From the human T2T-CHM13v2.0 reference genome, Homo sapiens: 64,000 nucleotides of DNA. The stretch is taken from NCBI RefSeq assembly GCF_009914755.1, contig NC_060927.1; one strand, given 5' to 3'. Below the pieces are notes generated by a model. That model saw only the letters and a list, made by a program, of their open reading frames with translations, was not told the origin of the DNA and did not search any database. The translations under genes were made by a program, and so were the position numbers. Below, piece after piece: positions 24,640-39,780 of the stretch (positions are counted from its first letter, which is position 1; every line of letters begins with the position of its first letter).

Positions 24640-25969
24640 CTAAAAGCATTGTATATTTGTAAGATACTTAATGTGATTTCACATTCATTTTCACTTGAGC
24701 CACACACTAAGCAGCCAAGGTAAATGGGACAGGTATTATTTTTCTTTAGGTCTACAAATAAGAAAACAGATTTGGAGAAATTAAGGGATATATCACATCC
24801 AACCTAATACAACCTCTGAAAAAAAAAATAACTTTTTACTCAATCTCTGTTAAGTATCACAGAATATGATCAACTCCAGATAACTGCAAAACATGTCTTT
24901 GTAGATTGTATTCTTAAAAAGACCAAATTACATTTATGAATCACATCATACTTACGTTGTTCTCATTGATTTTCTGTTGTGTTTGTGTGTAAAGTGACAA
25001 ATATCTTTTGAAGAAGAATACTCAGTCATATGTTAAAGAAATGAGATATAAGTCACTTTTAAGATAAGGAGAAAAGAAAGTCAATTATTCAATATTTTTA
25101 AGTAATTATTACTGGAATCACATATTGATAAAGCCATGCTGTATCACATACCACTTTCTAATAATTAAAATACTCTTAAGTACATAAAACACAGTTGTTC
25201 ATAATCATATATTGTAAGATTTGAAATCTGTTACAGGTTTTGGTTAGCCTCAAAAGTAGTTTAGGAGTATTCGCTGAGGAAAAAGTAATTATCCTTTGGG
25301 AACAGAAAGCAGGACAACAATTCTAAGGACCGTGAAAGCAGATTGAATGAACTGCAAAAAAAGATACAAGTAAAATATTATGCCTGTCTTATTCATCCTA
25401 TGTGTGTATAAAACAATACAACTTTTCTAGTAGATACTTAATTGAATGGACAGCTTAACTAAGGACAATGAGAAAAATATCCAAGTTACTAAATCAAGTT
25501 TCCAAACGTTTCTAAATTTCTTTATAAAATGAAACAATCCTATGAAACAAATTTAAAAATACATTGACAGTTGAATGAGTTTTTCAATTTTATGATACAG
25601 CGAAATATTTTTAAAGTACAAATTATATTAAGCATGATTTTGACTACATTTCTCCTTTGTATTGTATTTCCTTTTGAAATCAATAGAACATGAAAGAATT
25701 TAAAGATAAGCTCAATGAAAATTTGTAATATATCTCTATAGAAATCCCTGATTCATTTAAACATTGACTTTAATTTTTATCTGGTTCTAAGAACAGTTAT
25801 ATTTTAAATATTAAGATAAAAATATAAATCTTTATATACTAAATTTAGAATAGTCTTTGTATTTTCTGAAGGTACTTCCCTTCTACAGAAAAACAGTAAA
25901 ATCTTTACTACAAATTGATTGAGTTAGATGACAGAAATAATGTTCAAATTTCAAAAATTTATTTTATGT

Positions 25970-26208
25970 CAAATGATCCAGTCCAGTATTATGTGAATAT
26001 TTTGTTTTTTGTATCTTCCGTATCCTTAAATCTGTATGTTTCTGAAATATTTTATTTACCTCCAAATATTCTGTAGAATTTCTTTCAATTTTGATTTACC
26101 TAACATTCTTTATGTTCAGAATCAGATTATGAAAATTTGGTAGGAATATTGTAGAAACAATGCTGTGTTCCTTTCATTGCATTCTATTGGATTTCTACCA
26201 CCACTCTT
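25970..26208 (-). mobile_element. Ancient L1MC/ME fragment, left half; continues at 34484-~34700
   Basis: GGTAGGAATATTGTAGAAACAATGCTGTGTTC..CATTGCATTCTATT reads on into GATGTTAACTTTGACAGCTTGATTAAGGTG after the 8.3-kb insertion. Confidence 0.65.
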
Positions 26209-26273
26209 TTTTTAAACTTTTAGTAATTATTTTATTGTTAACTTTTGCTTTGTTCAATTTATTTCATCACAAG

Positions 26274-26694
26274 TGCTATGGTTTAAATATGGTTTATGCT
26301 ACCAAAATTTATGTGTACGATTGGTCCCCAGCGTGATGGTATTGGGAGTTTGTGCCTTTGAGTGGTGTTAGGTTGGCAAGAGGGATTAATGAATGCCCTT
26401 CTCACAGAAATCAATTCTTACTTTCATGGGCCTGAATTTGTTGCCACAAGAGCCAGTTATAAAATCTAGGCTGTCTCTCCGGTTTGATTTTTTTTTTTTC
26501 CTGCAAAAAGAGATTCCCTTCTGTTTCTGTGCCATGGTTTAAGGCAGCACAAAACCCTCACCAAAAGCTGTCAGATGCAGCCAATCCATCTTGAACTTCC
26601 CGGCCTGCAGAACAGAAAGCTAAATAATTTAATTTTTTAATAAAGTACCTAGTCTCAGGGATTCTGTTATAACAACAATAAGTGTACTGAGACA
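26274..26694 (+). mobile_element. MSTB/MSTC-like solo LTR
   Basis: TGCTATGGTTT...CCCTCACCAAAAGCTG..AGATGCAGCC...CTAGTCTCAGG.ATTCTGTTATAACAAC...ACTGAGACA. Confidence 0.8.
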
Positions 26695-28253
26695 TTCAGT
26701 CTGCCTGTCCCTGAGTCAGCTTGTGAGTGTTTACAACAGTTGCTAAATCACTGAAAACCATTCAGGAGCTAAGTACTTTTTCTTTTTCTTTCTTTCTTTC
26801 TTTTTTTTAAATAATTTTAGTGTTTACTTTAGATACAAGGGATGGAGAACATTTGCAGGTTTGATACATAGATGTGTTGCTGAGCTTTGTGGTACAGAGT
26901 CTATCATCCAGGTTTGAGTGCATGACAGAATAGGTAGTTTTTCAACCCACATATTCCTCCCTCTCTCCCTTCATTAGAAGTTTGCAGTATCTATTTTTTC
27001 CATCCTTATGTCCATGTGTCCGCAATGTTTTATTCCCACTAACAATTGAGAACATGGGACATTTGGTTTTCAGTGTCTATGTGAATTTGCTGAGGATTCC
27101 ATGTCTTTGCTATTGTGAACAGTACTGTGATGAACATACATGTGCATATGTCTTTTTGGTAAATTAATTGATTTTCCTTTGGGTATATATTTAGTAATGA
27201 AAATGCTAGGTTGAATGGCTTCTCTTTTTTAAGCTCTTTGAAATATCTCCAAACCACTTTCTACAGGGACTAAAATAATTCATTACCACCAACCATGTGT
27301 AAAAGTTTTCTCTTTTCTCCAGTGCTTGCCTACATCTATTATTATATTTTAATAATACCCATTCTTACAGGTTCTTACAGGTGTGAGATGGTATCTCATT
27401 ATGGTTTTGATTTTCATTTTTCTGATGATTAGTGATATTGAGCATTTTTCCATATATTTGTTGGCTACTTGTATGTCTTCTTTTGAGAAGCATCTGTTGA
27501 TGTCCTTTGCCCACTTTTCTAAGGGGTTATTTGTTTTTTGCTTGTTTATATTTCTTATAGATTCTGGATATTAATCCTTTGTCACATGCATAGTTTAAAC
27601 ACATTTTCTCTCATTCTGTAAGTTGTCTGTTTACTCTGTTGATAGTTTCTTTTGCTGTGTGGAAGAAATTTAGTTTAATTAGATCCCACTTGCCAATTAC
27701 TGTTTTTGTTGCAATTGCAGGAATTAACCAAAAATTATTTGCCAAGCCTGATGTCCAGAAGGGTATTTTGTAGGTTTTTTCTTTTAATAGTTTCAGGTGT
27801 TACACTTAAATATTTACTCTATTTTGAGTTAATATTTATATATGGTGAGAGGCAGGGAACCAGTTTAATTCTTCTGTATATGGCTAGCCAGTTATTCCTG
27901 AACCATTTATTGAATAAGGAGTCTTTCCCCCCATTTCTTACTTTTGTCAGCTTTGTTAAAGATAATGTGGTTGTGGGTGTGTGGCTTTATTTCTAGGTTC
28001 TCTATTCCATTCCATTTGTCTGTGTTTGGTTTGGTACCAGTACCATGCTGCTTTGGTTACTACAGCCTTGTAATATAGTTTAAAGATGAGTAGCGTGATG
28101 ACCCTGGCTTTGTTCTTTTTGGTTAGGATTGCTTTTGCTCTTCGTGCTCTTTTTTTTTTTCCATATGAATTTTGGAATAAGTTTTTCTAATTCTGTGAAA
28201 AATGACATTGGCATATTTATAGGAATAGCATTGCATCTGTAAATTGCTTTGGG

Positions 28254-29550
<1,297 letters not shown>

Positions 29551-32500
29551 TAGATTTATGACTACACTTTTTTGTTTGTTTGTTTGTTTTCTTTTGTTTT
29601 TTTGTTTTGCTATTGTAAATGGTATTATGTTCTTGAGGTTTGGGGTACAGATTCTATCATCCAGGTTTGAGTGTATGACAGAATAGGTAGTTTTTCAAAC
29701 CATACATTCCTCCCTCTCTTCTATCACTAGTAGTTTGCCGTATTTTGTTTCTATCTTTGTGCCCATGTGCCCGCAATATTTTATTCCCACTAGCAAGTGA
29801 GAACATGTGCATTTGGTTTTCAATGCCTATATGAAAATTTTTCAAGCTGTGAATTTTTAGCTTGAAAATTTCTGGTGTATAGAAATGTTACTATTTTTTG
29901 TACACTTGTTTTGTATCTTGAAACTTTAATCAAGTTGTTTATCAGTTACAATAACTTTTTGTGGCATCTCTAAGGGTTTTCTAGATATAGAATCATATCA
30001 TCAGGGAAAAGAGATAGTTTTATCTATTTTCCTATTTCAATACCTTTTTTTTTTCTCTTGCTTGATTGCTTCGGATAGGACTTCCAGTGCTATGTTGCTT
30101 AAGAGTGGGGAGAGTGGGACTCCTTGTTCCAGTTCCTAAGGGGAGTGCATCTAGCTTTTGCACATTTAGTATGATGTTGACTATGGGTTTTTTATAAATG
30201 GCTCTTATTATTTGAGGTATCAATCAAACTTCAGTCTCTAGCTTGTTGAGGGTTTTTTGTCATAAAGCAATGTTGGATTTATCAAATGCTTTTTTCCACA
30301 CCTATTAAGATGATTATACGGTTTTTGCTTTTCATTCTGTTTACGTGGTGAATCACATTTATTGATTTGTGAACGTTGAACCATCATTGCATACCAGGAA
30401 TAATGCTTACTTGATTGTGGTGCATTAACGTTTTTTATGTGCTGCTGGATTTAGTTTGATAATGTTTTGTTGAAGATTTTTGTACCTATATTCATCAGGG
30501 ATATTGGCCTGAAGTTTTTGTTACTTTTTCCATTGTGTCTCTACCATATTTTGGTATCAGGCTGATGCTGGTTTCATTGAATGAGTAGAAGAGTCCCTCT
30601 TCAATTTTTGGAATACATTCAGTAAAACTGGTGTCAGTTCTTCCTTCTAACAGAATTTGACAGTGAATCTACCAGACTGAGGACTCTTTTTTGTTTTTTG
30701 TTTTTTGTTTTTTTTTTTTTTTGGTTGGTTGGTATGTTTTTTCTTAATCCTGATTCAATTTTGTAACTTGTTATTGGTCTGTTCAGGTTCTCATTTTCCT
30801 CTTCGTACAATCTTGGGAGGTTTTGCATTTCTAGGAATATATCCTTTTCTTCCAGATTTTCTAATTTGTGTGCATAGAGTTGTCCATAATAATCTCTGTG
30901 ACCTTCTGTATTTCTTTGAGATCAGTTATATCATCATCAGTCATTTCATATTGTATTTATTTTGATCTCCTATTTTTTTCTGTGTTAATTAAGGTAGAAT
31001 TCTCTCAATTTTGTCTGTTCTTCCAAGACCCAACTCTTGGTTTAATTGATTATTTTTATTGATTTTTGCAACTCAGTTTTATTCAGTGCTTCTCTAATTT
31101 TAGTTATTTCTTTTCTTCTGCTAGTTTTAGGATTAGTTTGCTCTCTTTCATTCTAGTTCCTCTATGTGTAGAGTTAGATTGTTAATTTGAGATCTTTTTA
31201 ACTTCTTGATGAAGGCCTTTAGTACTGTAAACTTTCCTCTTAACATTGTTTTAGCTTCATACCAGAGAGTTTGCTAAGTAATGTCCCTGTTTTAATTAAT
31301 TTCAAATAATATTTACATTTCTGTCTTAATTTTGATGTTCACCTAGGAGTTATTCTGAGCAAGTTGTTTAATTTTCATGTGTTTGTCTTGTTGTGAGAGA
31401 TATGCTTGATATTGATTTTTATTTATATTTCACTATGGTGCAAGACTGTGCTTAGTGTAATTTTATTTCTTTTTAATTTTTTGAGACTTGGTTTATAACT
31501 GAGCATGTGGTCAATCTTAGAGTACGTTTTGTGTGCAGATGAGAAGAATGCATATTATGTGTTTGTTGGGTGGGATAATCTGTAGATATTTATTAGGTCC
31601 AATTAATCAAGTGTTGAGTTCAAGTCCAAAATGTCTTTGCTAGTTTTCTGCCTCAGTGATGTGTCTAAAGCTGATAGTGAGGCTTTGAAATCTTCCTCTA
31701 TTATTGTTTAGTTATCTACATCTTTTGTATTTCAAGAAAAACTTGTTTTATAAATCTTGGTGCTTCAATGCTGCATGCATATCTATTTAGGATAGTTACG
31801 TCTTCTTGTTGAATTGTACCTTTTATCATTACGTAGCCCTTCTTCTTCCTTCTTAATTGTTATTGGTTTAAAGTCTGTTTTATCTGATATAAGAATAGCA
31901 ACTCCAACACTTTTTCTTTTTCTATTTGCAAGGTAAGTCTTTCTCTATCCCTTTACTTTGAACTTGTGGATGCTATTACATATTAAGTGGGTCTTTTGAA
32001 AATACCAAATGGTTGGATCTTGTCTCTTTTTTAAAAATACAGCTTACCACTCTGTATATTTTAAATGGGGGCATTTAGGCGACTTACATTCAGTTTTAGT
32101 ACTGCTATGTGAGACTTTGATCCTGTCATTATGCTATTAGCTGGTTCTTATGGAAAGCTGATTGTGTATTTGCTTCACAGTGCCTTTTGGCTATGTGCTT
32201 AAGTGTGTTTTTGTGATAGCAGGTGTTATTCTTTTGATTCCATGTTTAGTACTGCCTTAAGGACCACTTGTAAGGCTTTTCTAGTTGTAATGGATTCCCT
32301 CAGCATTTGTTTGTTTGAGAAGAATTTCATTTCTCTTTTGCCTATGAGGCTTAGTTTGATGGAATATGAAATTCTTGGTTGTAATTTCTTTTCTTCAAGG
32401 ATGCTGGAAATAAACCCCAATCTCTTCTAGCTTGTAAGGTTTCTGCTGAGATGTTGGCTGCTATCCTGATAGGGTTCCCACTGTATGTGGCCTAACCTTT

Positions 32501-34749
32501 CTATCTTCTTTTAAGAATGTTTCTTTCACATTGACCTTTGTGAACCTTATGATTATGTGCCTTGGAGATGGTCGACTTTTATAGTATCTAGCCTCGGTTC
32601 TCTTTATTCTTGAATTTGTATGTCACCCTCTCTATTGAGATTAGTGAAATGTTCATGGACTATCCCCTCCAATATGTTTCCAAGTCACTTACTCTCTCTC
32701 CTTCTCTCTCAGGAATGCCAGTGAGTCATAGGTCTTATCTCTTTGCATAATCCCGTATTTCTCAGAGATGTTGTTTATTTTTCAATATTCTTTCTTTTTT
32801 ATTTTTATCTGACTGAGTTGATTTAAAGAACAGTTCTTCAATCTCTGAGATTCTTTCCTCAGTTTTTTTTTCCTGCAATTAATACTTGTGATTATATTAT
32901 GAAATTCTTGTAGTGAATTTTTCAGTTCTTTCTTTAAATGCCTATTTTGTCATCAGCTCCTGGAGATCATTATACTGGGTTTCCTGGCTTCTTTGGATTG
33001 CATTTTATGTTACTCCTGAATATCGATGAGCTTACTTACCGTACAGATTCTAAACTCTATGTCTGTCATTTCTGTCATTTCAGTCTGGTTAAGAATCATT
33101 GCTGGAAAGCTAGTGGGCTCATTTAGAGACAAAGGAATGCTTTGGCTTTTTGAATTGCCAGAATTCTTGTGCTGATTCTCTTTCTGGGAGAGCTGGTGTT
33201 CCCTTAATTGTGGGGTTAGTTGAGTACAGTCAGTCAGGTTCTTATCCAGGTGCTTTCAGAGGGCCAAAGCTCTGTATAGGATCTTTGTGGTTGGATTTTT
33301 GCCCTTGGTTTCACAGGGGTGTTACACAGTCACTCAATACTTTAGGTATTGTAGTTTGAGATGTAATCCAGTAGATGGCGCTTAAAATTAACGGTCTGTA
33401 GGCTGTTACTCGGCCGTGCAGCTCTTTCGTATTTCTCTGCATTCCCAGGCCTGCTCTGCAGTGGGAAGGGAGAGATGTCCTCTGACCAGGTCAACTCTGG
33501 GCCTTTGGAGACCACCCTCCGGCCCCAGTCACTGGCGCCACACCTGCATTTCCTTTGGTGTTTTGGGCCAAACAGGCCGCTCCAAGAAGATAGGCCACAC
33601 CTTTTCTGGACTGGCACTGCGGAAGGAGGTATGCTCCCGTCCTGCACCATCCCATGAACCCATGCATCTCACTCCTCACAGTGCTCTGAGAGTGGGGCCT
33701 TCTCCCCCACTTGGATGCCAGCCACAGACCTTGGTTCAGCCCTTGCGAGCTGTATGCAACAGCCCTGGGACGTGAAACTGGCCCAGCTGCTCTGGGAATC
33801 CAAAGGGCTCCCACGTTGCTGGGAATATTGGGAGCAAATCACCCAGGCTGGGCTGTGGAGTGTGCGCTGTGCACACACTCTTGCGGTATGGCCAGGGAGG
33901 GACCTTGGAAGGGACTGGCATTCAGGAGTGCCGGCAGAACAGATGTGCCCCTGTCCTCAGCTAGAAACTGACTTTGCTCTCTCCTGGCCCGCAGTCAGCT
34001 GCTACTAGAGTTTCTTGGAGGACGATGGTGGCCGCTAGGGGGATGGGCACCTATAGCCACATTCCGCAGAAACTGTTCCATGAACAAAAGCCCTTGGGCT
34101 CCATGCCGGCCGAAGCTCTGACTCCTCCTACTCTTGGGCAGATCCCCTGCAAGCTGAAATATCCAATGGGGACATGGAATCCTCTGTAATTAAGAAACCA
34201 GCAGTCTGTGGCAAGAATGGGCTGTCCCTCAGTCCCTTCACTCACCCATTTCCCAGGAGCCCTCTGGGGCTGGGAACTAGCCCTAGCATTTGAGTCCCCA
34301 GCACAGGATTTCTAGCTTTCTCCCTCTTCAGCCTCGGAGTTTGCATTGCTTCTTCATCCTCTGAATTGAATACCTGCTCAAATTATGTTGGTTTACATGA
34401 TATTTTGCTCTCTCTTGGTGAAGGCAGCGCTTCCTGGCTGGGTCTAGTCGGTTATCTTGTCCCCCTTCTCTACCATCATTCTTGATGTTAACTTTGACAG
34501 CTTGATTAAGGTGCTCTCTAGTAGCCTTTATCATTGCAAAATTGGGTTGTTGTTGTTTTTTCCATTTTGAGTACCTATTTCATGGGGAAATCCTTTGTGT
34601 AATAACTTATTCCTCATCAAATATTTTACACACCAGTTTTAGTACACATTCACAAATATATTTCTGCATTAATCTTTACTCTGAAGGTTGCCAAATGGTG
34701 ATTTTTAAATAGGTATAAATGATAGAGATGCTTTATAAAAAGAGATATA

Positions 34750-36840
34750 CTTTAAATTTCAAATACACTATAAATGAGATCCTGTTATATCTTTCATTAT
34801 ATAATCTACTTTTATTTTAATACATAACTTACATTTAAATCAATTAATACATACTTTTAATGGCTACATTGTAGACAGTTGCATGTAGTGTGATTTTTAG
34901 AACAAAAAATTTATATTATCTTTTGTTTTTTATAATATAAACAGTTTAATATTGAACATTTTTATACAAAATTTTTAAACACTAATAAACATTTTAAGAT
35001 AAACTGTCAAGAGAGAAATACCAATAACACATTAATATGGTTTGGCAGTGTCCCCACCCAAATCTCATCTTGAATTGTAGTTCCCATAACCCCCACATGT
35101 GGTGGGAGGGACTCTGTGGGAGGCAATTTAATCATGGAGGTGGTTACCCTCATGATGTTCTTGTGATAATGAGTTCTCACAAGATCTGATGGTTTTATAA
35201 GGCGCTTTTCCCCCTTCTGTTCTGCACGTCTTCTCTCTTGCCTGCCACCATGTAAGAGGTGACTTTGCTCGTCATTCGCCTATCGCCATGAGTGTGAGGC
35301 CTCCCCAGCTGTATAAGAACTATGAATCAATTAAACCTCTTTCCTTTATAAATTACCCAGTCTCAGGTATGTCTTCATTGGCAGCGTGGGAACAGACTGA
35401 TACACACATTTCCACCTTGGCTTCCAAGAAAAGCATATATATATATACTTTTATATATTATATCCCACCTATAATAAACAGAAGTATCTCTGTACAAGCT
35501 TATGAATAATGCATTTTTTTGATTTCTTACAAGCACATATAGATTACATAAAGATAAGTGGCATTTACCGTTTTATTTTATTTGATCACCAGTGATGTTG
35601 AATTTTTATTTTATAATCATGTTTTGTGATTATTATTTTTAAGAAATAATTGTTTATATTCTTCAACCATGTCTTATTTTGAAATAATCTTCTTTTTCTC
35701 ATTGACTTATGTGAATTCTTAATATATTAATGAAAAAATCCTCTCATATTTATATCAGTTACCAATTTCCATTCATATTTAATGTGGTTCACTGTGCTTT
35801 TAAATAATTTACTAAGTTTATAATTAACTCTATCAATCATGAAAGCAGGTGTTTCCCATATCTGCTGATGAAATTTCTGTTTATTTTTAGTTAATAGGTA
35901 TAAAAATATTTCTCTTTTAATGCTTTTTCTACAATATTCTATTTGTTCTATGTTAAAATATTAATCTGCTTTATTTTTATTTTTTAATTCTTCACAGCCC
36001 CTGTATTCTTAAGTGGTGGAAGAATTTGCACCTGTGGAGCAAAGTGTTCTAATTTTTTTAAAATTCTAATATGTAATATATTGATTGTAAACCGTCATTG
36101 TTAAATCTACTTCAGTTACCATTACAAATATCATATTTGGCTTTTGTGTTGACAATATATTTTTAAGTTTTTAGTTTATCTTTTCTTATTGTTACCATGT
36201 TTTCTTATTCATCTTTGTCTTACTCAGATTTATTTCCTTCTAATCATTATTTTCTTTAGTCACTTTAAATTGTATTATATTTCAATATTTACACTATTAG
36301 TTATCTTAGTATTAATATTACTGTAATCAAATTTTAAAATGATTCAATATGTAATTTTTGGCAATAGAATATTATCTACTTTTTATTTACCATAGTGTTT
36401 CACATATAAACTCAGCCAATTAACAGAAGAAATTTAGTGTTCATTTCCTCTCCTCTATCTTGTAGTTATATTAATTGATGTACTTTCTTTTTCTTTTTTG
36501 ATCTATTTTAGTAATTTTGAGTTTATATGCAAATTACTTCCTTTGACACTTTGCTGGCTTAAGTCTTATATTTTACAAATTTTTGAGATTTAAATTAATT
36601 TTCATTATTCTGCTATCTTTAAGCTTTACTGATTTCACTGAGGACAGTCATATTTGGAATACAAAGTTTCCTTACAAGTTGATTTTTAATTTTTATTTAT
36701 GTCTCACTTTATCGAAGTAATGCTTTACATAACTAACTCAGGAAAGGCAATTGGTGAAATCTTTTCTGTTCTTGCATTCCTGGAGTTTTATTATTTTACC
36801 AACATATATTTATAATAACATGTTTTAGCATGGAATATTG
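34750..36840 (-). mobile_element. Highly degenerate L1ME-type fragments
   Basis: Antisense old-L1 motifs (TTTGATCACCAGTGATGTTGAA, TTCTCATTGACTTATGTGAATTCTT); very diverged. Confidence 0.4.
35033..35404 (+). mobile_element. THE1C/D-like solo LTR
   Basis: TAATATGGTTTGGC...AACAGACTGATACA; perfect 5-bp TSD CACAT. Confidence 0.92.
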
Positions 36841-36846
36841 GGTAAA

Positions 36847-37158
36847 CTATGAGGATTAGTTGTAATGTGTCAACTTGACTGGGCAATGGGATGTCCAGAT
36901 GTTTGATAAAACATTATTCTGGGTGGGTCTGTTGGGGGGAGGGTTGATGAGATTAACATTTGAATCAGTACACTGAGTAAGGCAGATTGTCTTTCCTTAT
37001 GTGAGTGGCTGTCAGTCACTCAGTTGAAGGCCTTAACAGAACAAATTGTTGATCCTCCTGTGAATAAGAGAGAATTCCTCCTGCCTGACTGCTTTGAACT
37101 GGGAAATCTGTCTTTTTCAGTTTTCTGAATTAAACGGAAACATTCGCTCTTCCTGAGT
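36847..37158 (+). mobile_element. MLT2 (MLT2D-like) LTR, 5' part
   Basis: ATGTGTCAACTTGACTGGGC...GATGAGATTAACATTTGAATCAGT..ACTGAGTAAGGCAGATTG. Confidence 0.8.
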
Positions 37159-37165
37159 ATAACTG

Positions 37166-37370
37166 AGTAGAGGCTAAACATCCCTAATCTGAAAATCCAA
37201 AATTTGAAAAGCCTCACAATCTGAAATTTTTGAATGCTGACATGATGACATAAGTAGAAAATTTTACACCTGACCTCATGTGACAATTTGCAGTCAAAAC
37301 TTTTTCTTGCACAAAATATTAAAAATATTGTATGAAATTCCTTCCAGATTATGTGTATAAGATATATATA
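37166..37370 (+). mobile_element. Tigger4/MER46-like DNA transposon fragment
   Basis: CATCCCTAATCTGAAAATCCAAAAT...TGCTGACATGATG...ACACCTGACCTCATGTGA. Confidence 0.75.
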
Positions 37371-37384
37371 CACACATATGTTTA

Positions 37385-37822
37385 AGAAAATTGAAACATA
37401 TCTTCAAAAAATTGTATATGAATCTACAGATTAAACAAATGTGGATGTCTATACAATGAAATATTATCCAACTATATATATATATGAAGTATTAATGCAG
37501 GCTACAACATGGATGACCCTGAAAATAAGTAAAGTAAGTAAAAAAAACCTACTTACAAAAAGCCATATACTGCATGATTCCCTTTACATGAAATGTCCTG
37601 AATAGGCAAGTCCATAGACAAAAGAGATTAGTTGTTGTGTGGGACCGGGAACAGCAGAGAATAGAGAGTGGTTATTGATGAGTATGAGATTTCTTTAGGG
37701 GATGATAAAAATGTTTTGAAATTAGTGGTGATGTTTGCACAATGCTTGAATGTTCTAAAAGCCACTGGACTTTACACCTAAGACAGTGAAGTTTATGATA
37801 TATAAATTAGATCTCAAAAAAA
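37385..37822 (+). mobile_element. L1MB-like 3' end
   Basis: GCTACAACATGGATGACCCTGAAAA...ATGAAATGTCCTGAATAGGCAA...GGGGATGATAAAAATGTTTTG. Confidence 0.8.
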
Positions 37823-37998
37823 TCATTAAATATCCTCCATATCAGGCACTGTTCTACTATAGAAATTATAGCAGAAAATAAAAGAGACAAGGTTTCTATT
37901 ATTATGCTTACATTTTAGTTTAGTAGAGAAAGAAAAATGAATAAACAAAGGTCTAAAAGACCAAAAGAAATCATATCATGCTTAGTGATGATAAGTAC

Positions 37999-38392
37999 TG
38001 TTATTGACTGAATGTGTCCTCATGCTAAATGGCATATGTTGAAATCCTACCCCACAATGTAATGGTAATAATCATTCGGGTCTTTGGGTAATTAGTTCAT
38101 GTAGTTCATGGGTAACTAATTACCTTTGGTTCACTAGGGTAGAGTCCTAATGAATGGGTTTAGTGCCCTTATAAAAGGAAGCCCAGAGAGCTCTCTGGCC
38201 CTCTGCTCTCCACTATATGAAGAAGTTAGTAGTTTGCAGCCCAGGTAAGGGCCCTCTCCTGAACCTGACCATGCTGGCACCGTGATCTGGGAATTTCAAT
38301 CTCCAGAACTGTCAAAAATACTTTTTTTAAAATAAGCCATCCACCATCCACCCAGTCCATGTCACTTTGTTATAGCAACTTGAGCTACAACA
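37999..38392 (+). mobile_element. MLT1A-like solo LTR within L2 remnants
   Basis: TGTTATTGACTGAATGTGTCC...CCTGACCATGCTGGCACC.TGATCT...TTTGTTATAGCA. Confidence 0.8.
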
Positions 38393-38412
38393 AGTGTTAT
38401 GCCAAAAAAATA

Positions 38413-38753
38413 AAGAGGTAGAAGAGTAAAATGATAAGTACTAGAGACTGGATATGGTGGTAGGGAGATGAAGAGAGGTTGATTAATGGGTACCAATACA
38501 CAGTTAGTTAGAAGAAATAAGTTCTAGTGTTCCATAGCAAAACAGAGTGACTAGAGTTAACAACAATCTATTGTATATTTCAAAATAGTTGAAAAGATTT
38601 GAAATGTTCCCGTTATAAATAAATGATAAATGTTTGAGGTAATTGATATATTAAATATCCCAATTTGATAATTACACATTGTATGCATTTATTAAAATAT
38701 CACATGGACCCAATAAACATGTACAATTACTATGCATCAATTTTTTTAAAAAA
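38413..38753 (+). mobile_element. L1MA-type 3' end
   Basis: GAGAGGTTGATTAATGGGTAC...AACAACAATCTATTGTATATTTCAAAATAG...ATTACACATTGTATGCAT. Confidence 0.85.
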
Positions 38754-38759
38754 GATGAT

Positions 38760-39100
38760 GTGATAAGAGTATCTGGAGGACAGCCTTCTACAAGTAAATG
38801 AAATATAGGCTAGGTCAGAATCTAAATGAAATGAGCTAGCCATGGCAACATTTAGGGGGATGACATTCTAGGCAGAAAGAATATCTAATATACAAGGCCC
38901 CATTTGAGACTGAACCTAGCAAACTGTAAGAACAATAAAAAGATGGACATGGCTGGAGAACACTGGATGAGGGAGGGAGTGCAACAGAATAAGGTATAAA
39001 CATTAGGCAGGGACCAGCTTGAGCAGAACTTTGACATCCAAAGTTATAAGTTTGGATGCTTTTCCTTAGCAACATGGAAAGCCAATGAAAGTTGTGAGAA
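38760..39100 (-). mobile_element. L2 fragment
   Basis: GAGCTAGCCATG...ATTCTAGGCAGAAAGAA...GTTTGGATGCTTTTCC...ATGGAAAGCCAATGAA. Confidence 0.55.
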
Positions 39101-39589
39101 AAAAAAAAAAAAAAGATGAGGCAAGACAGGCAGGACAGGACCAGATAGGTCAGAACAGGAAATGAAAAAAATGCAGAATAAATAGATGAAGCCTAATAGA
39201 CATTTCAATAGCATAGACTGTTGAGTTTGGAAGCAGCTAGAGAAAAGGGAGGGCAGATTTATAAGCATTTTGAGTGGGCTGGAAAAGCCTTTTCAAGATT
39301 TAGACTTAGCTCTACCTATGCTTAGAATTATATTCTTAAACACACCTCTTACTGTATTACCTGCATTGAAAATAAAACCTCAGCTTTCTCATCTCTAAAA
39401 AATAAATAAATAAATAAGGTTAACCTCTGACTTTTCCATTTCATCATCTTATGGTAAGGAATAATCAGAAAAAATGTATACAATATGTATATAAAATTAT
39501 ATATAAAATGCATTTCAAGCTCTGTAATAACATATAAATAGGCAGAAAGCAGAGAGGAATAGCATGGAATTTGTAGGAAGATTAAATTG

Positions 39590-39780
39590 ACTCCCAATTT
39601 TAGGATTGCCTCTTACGATCTATGTATTCTGAGAAGTTTAATAAACTCTATGAGTCTCAGTATCTTTCCCTATAAAGTGGTGGTAATAATATTAACTACT
39701 TGAGTTTTAAAAAGTGTCATGATAAGGTACATAAAGCACTTAGCACAAAGCCTTGCACACAGCAAGTATATAATAAAAGA
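39590..39780 (+). mobile_element. MIR
   Basis: CTCTATGAGTCTCAGT...TAAAGTGG..GTAATAAT...TAAAGCACTTAGCACA..GCCTTGCACACAG. Confidence 0.7.

Noticed and set aside
33150-34470. GC-richer region with many overlapping ORFs, possible gene promoter or exon
   Set aside because: It is the 5'UTR of the old L1 and resembles the fragment at 1560-2087; CpG-depleted, not a CpG island
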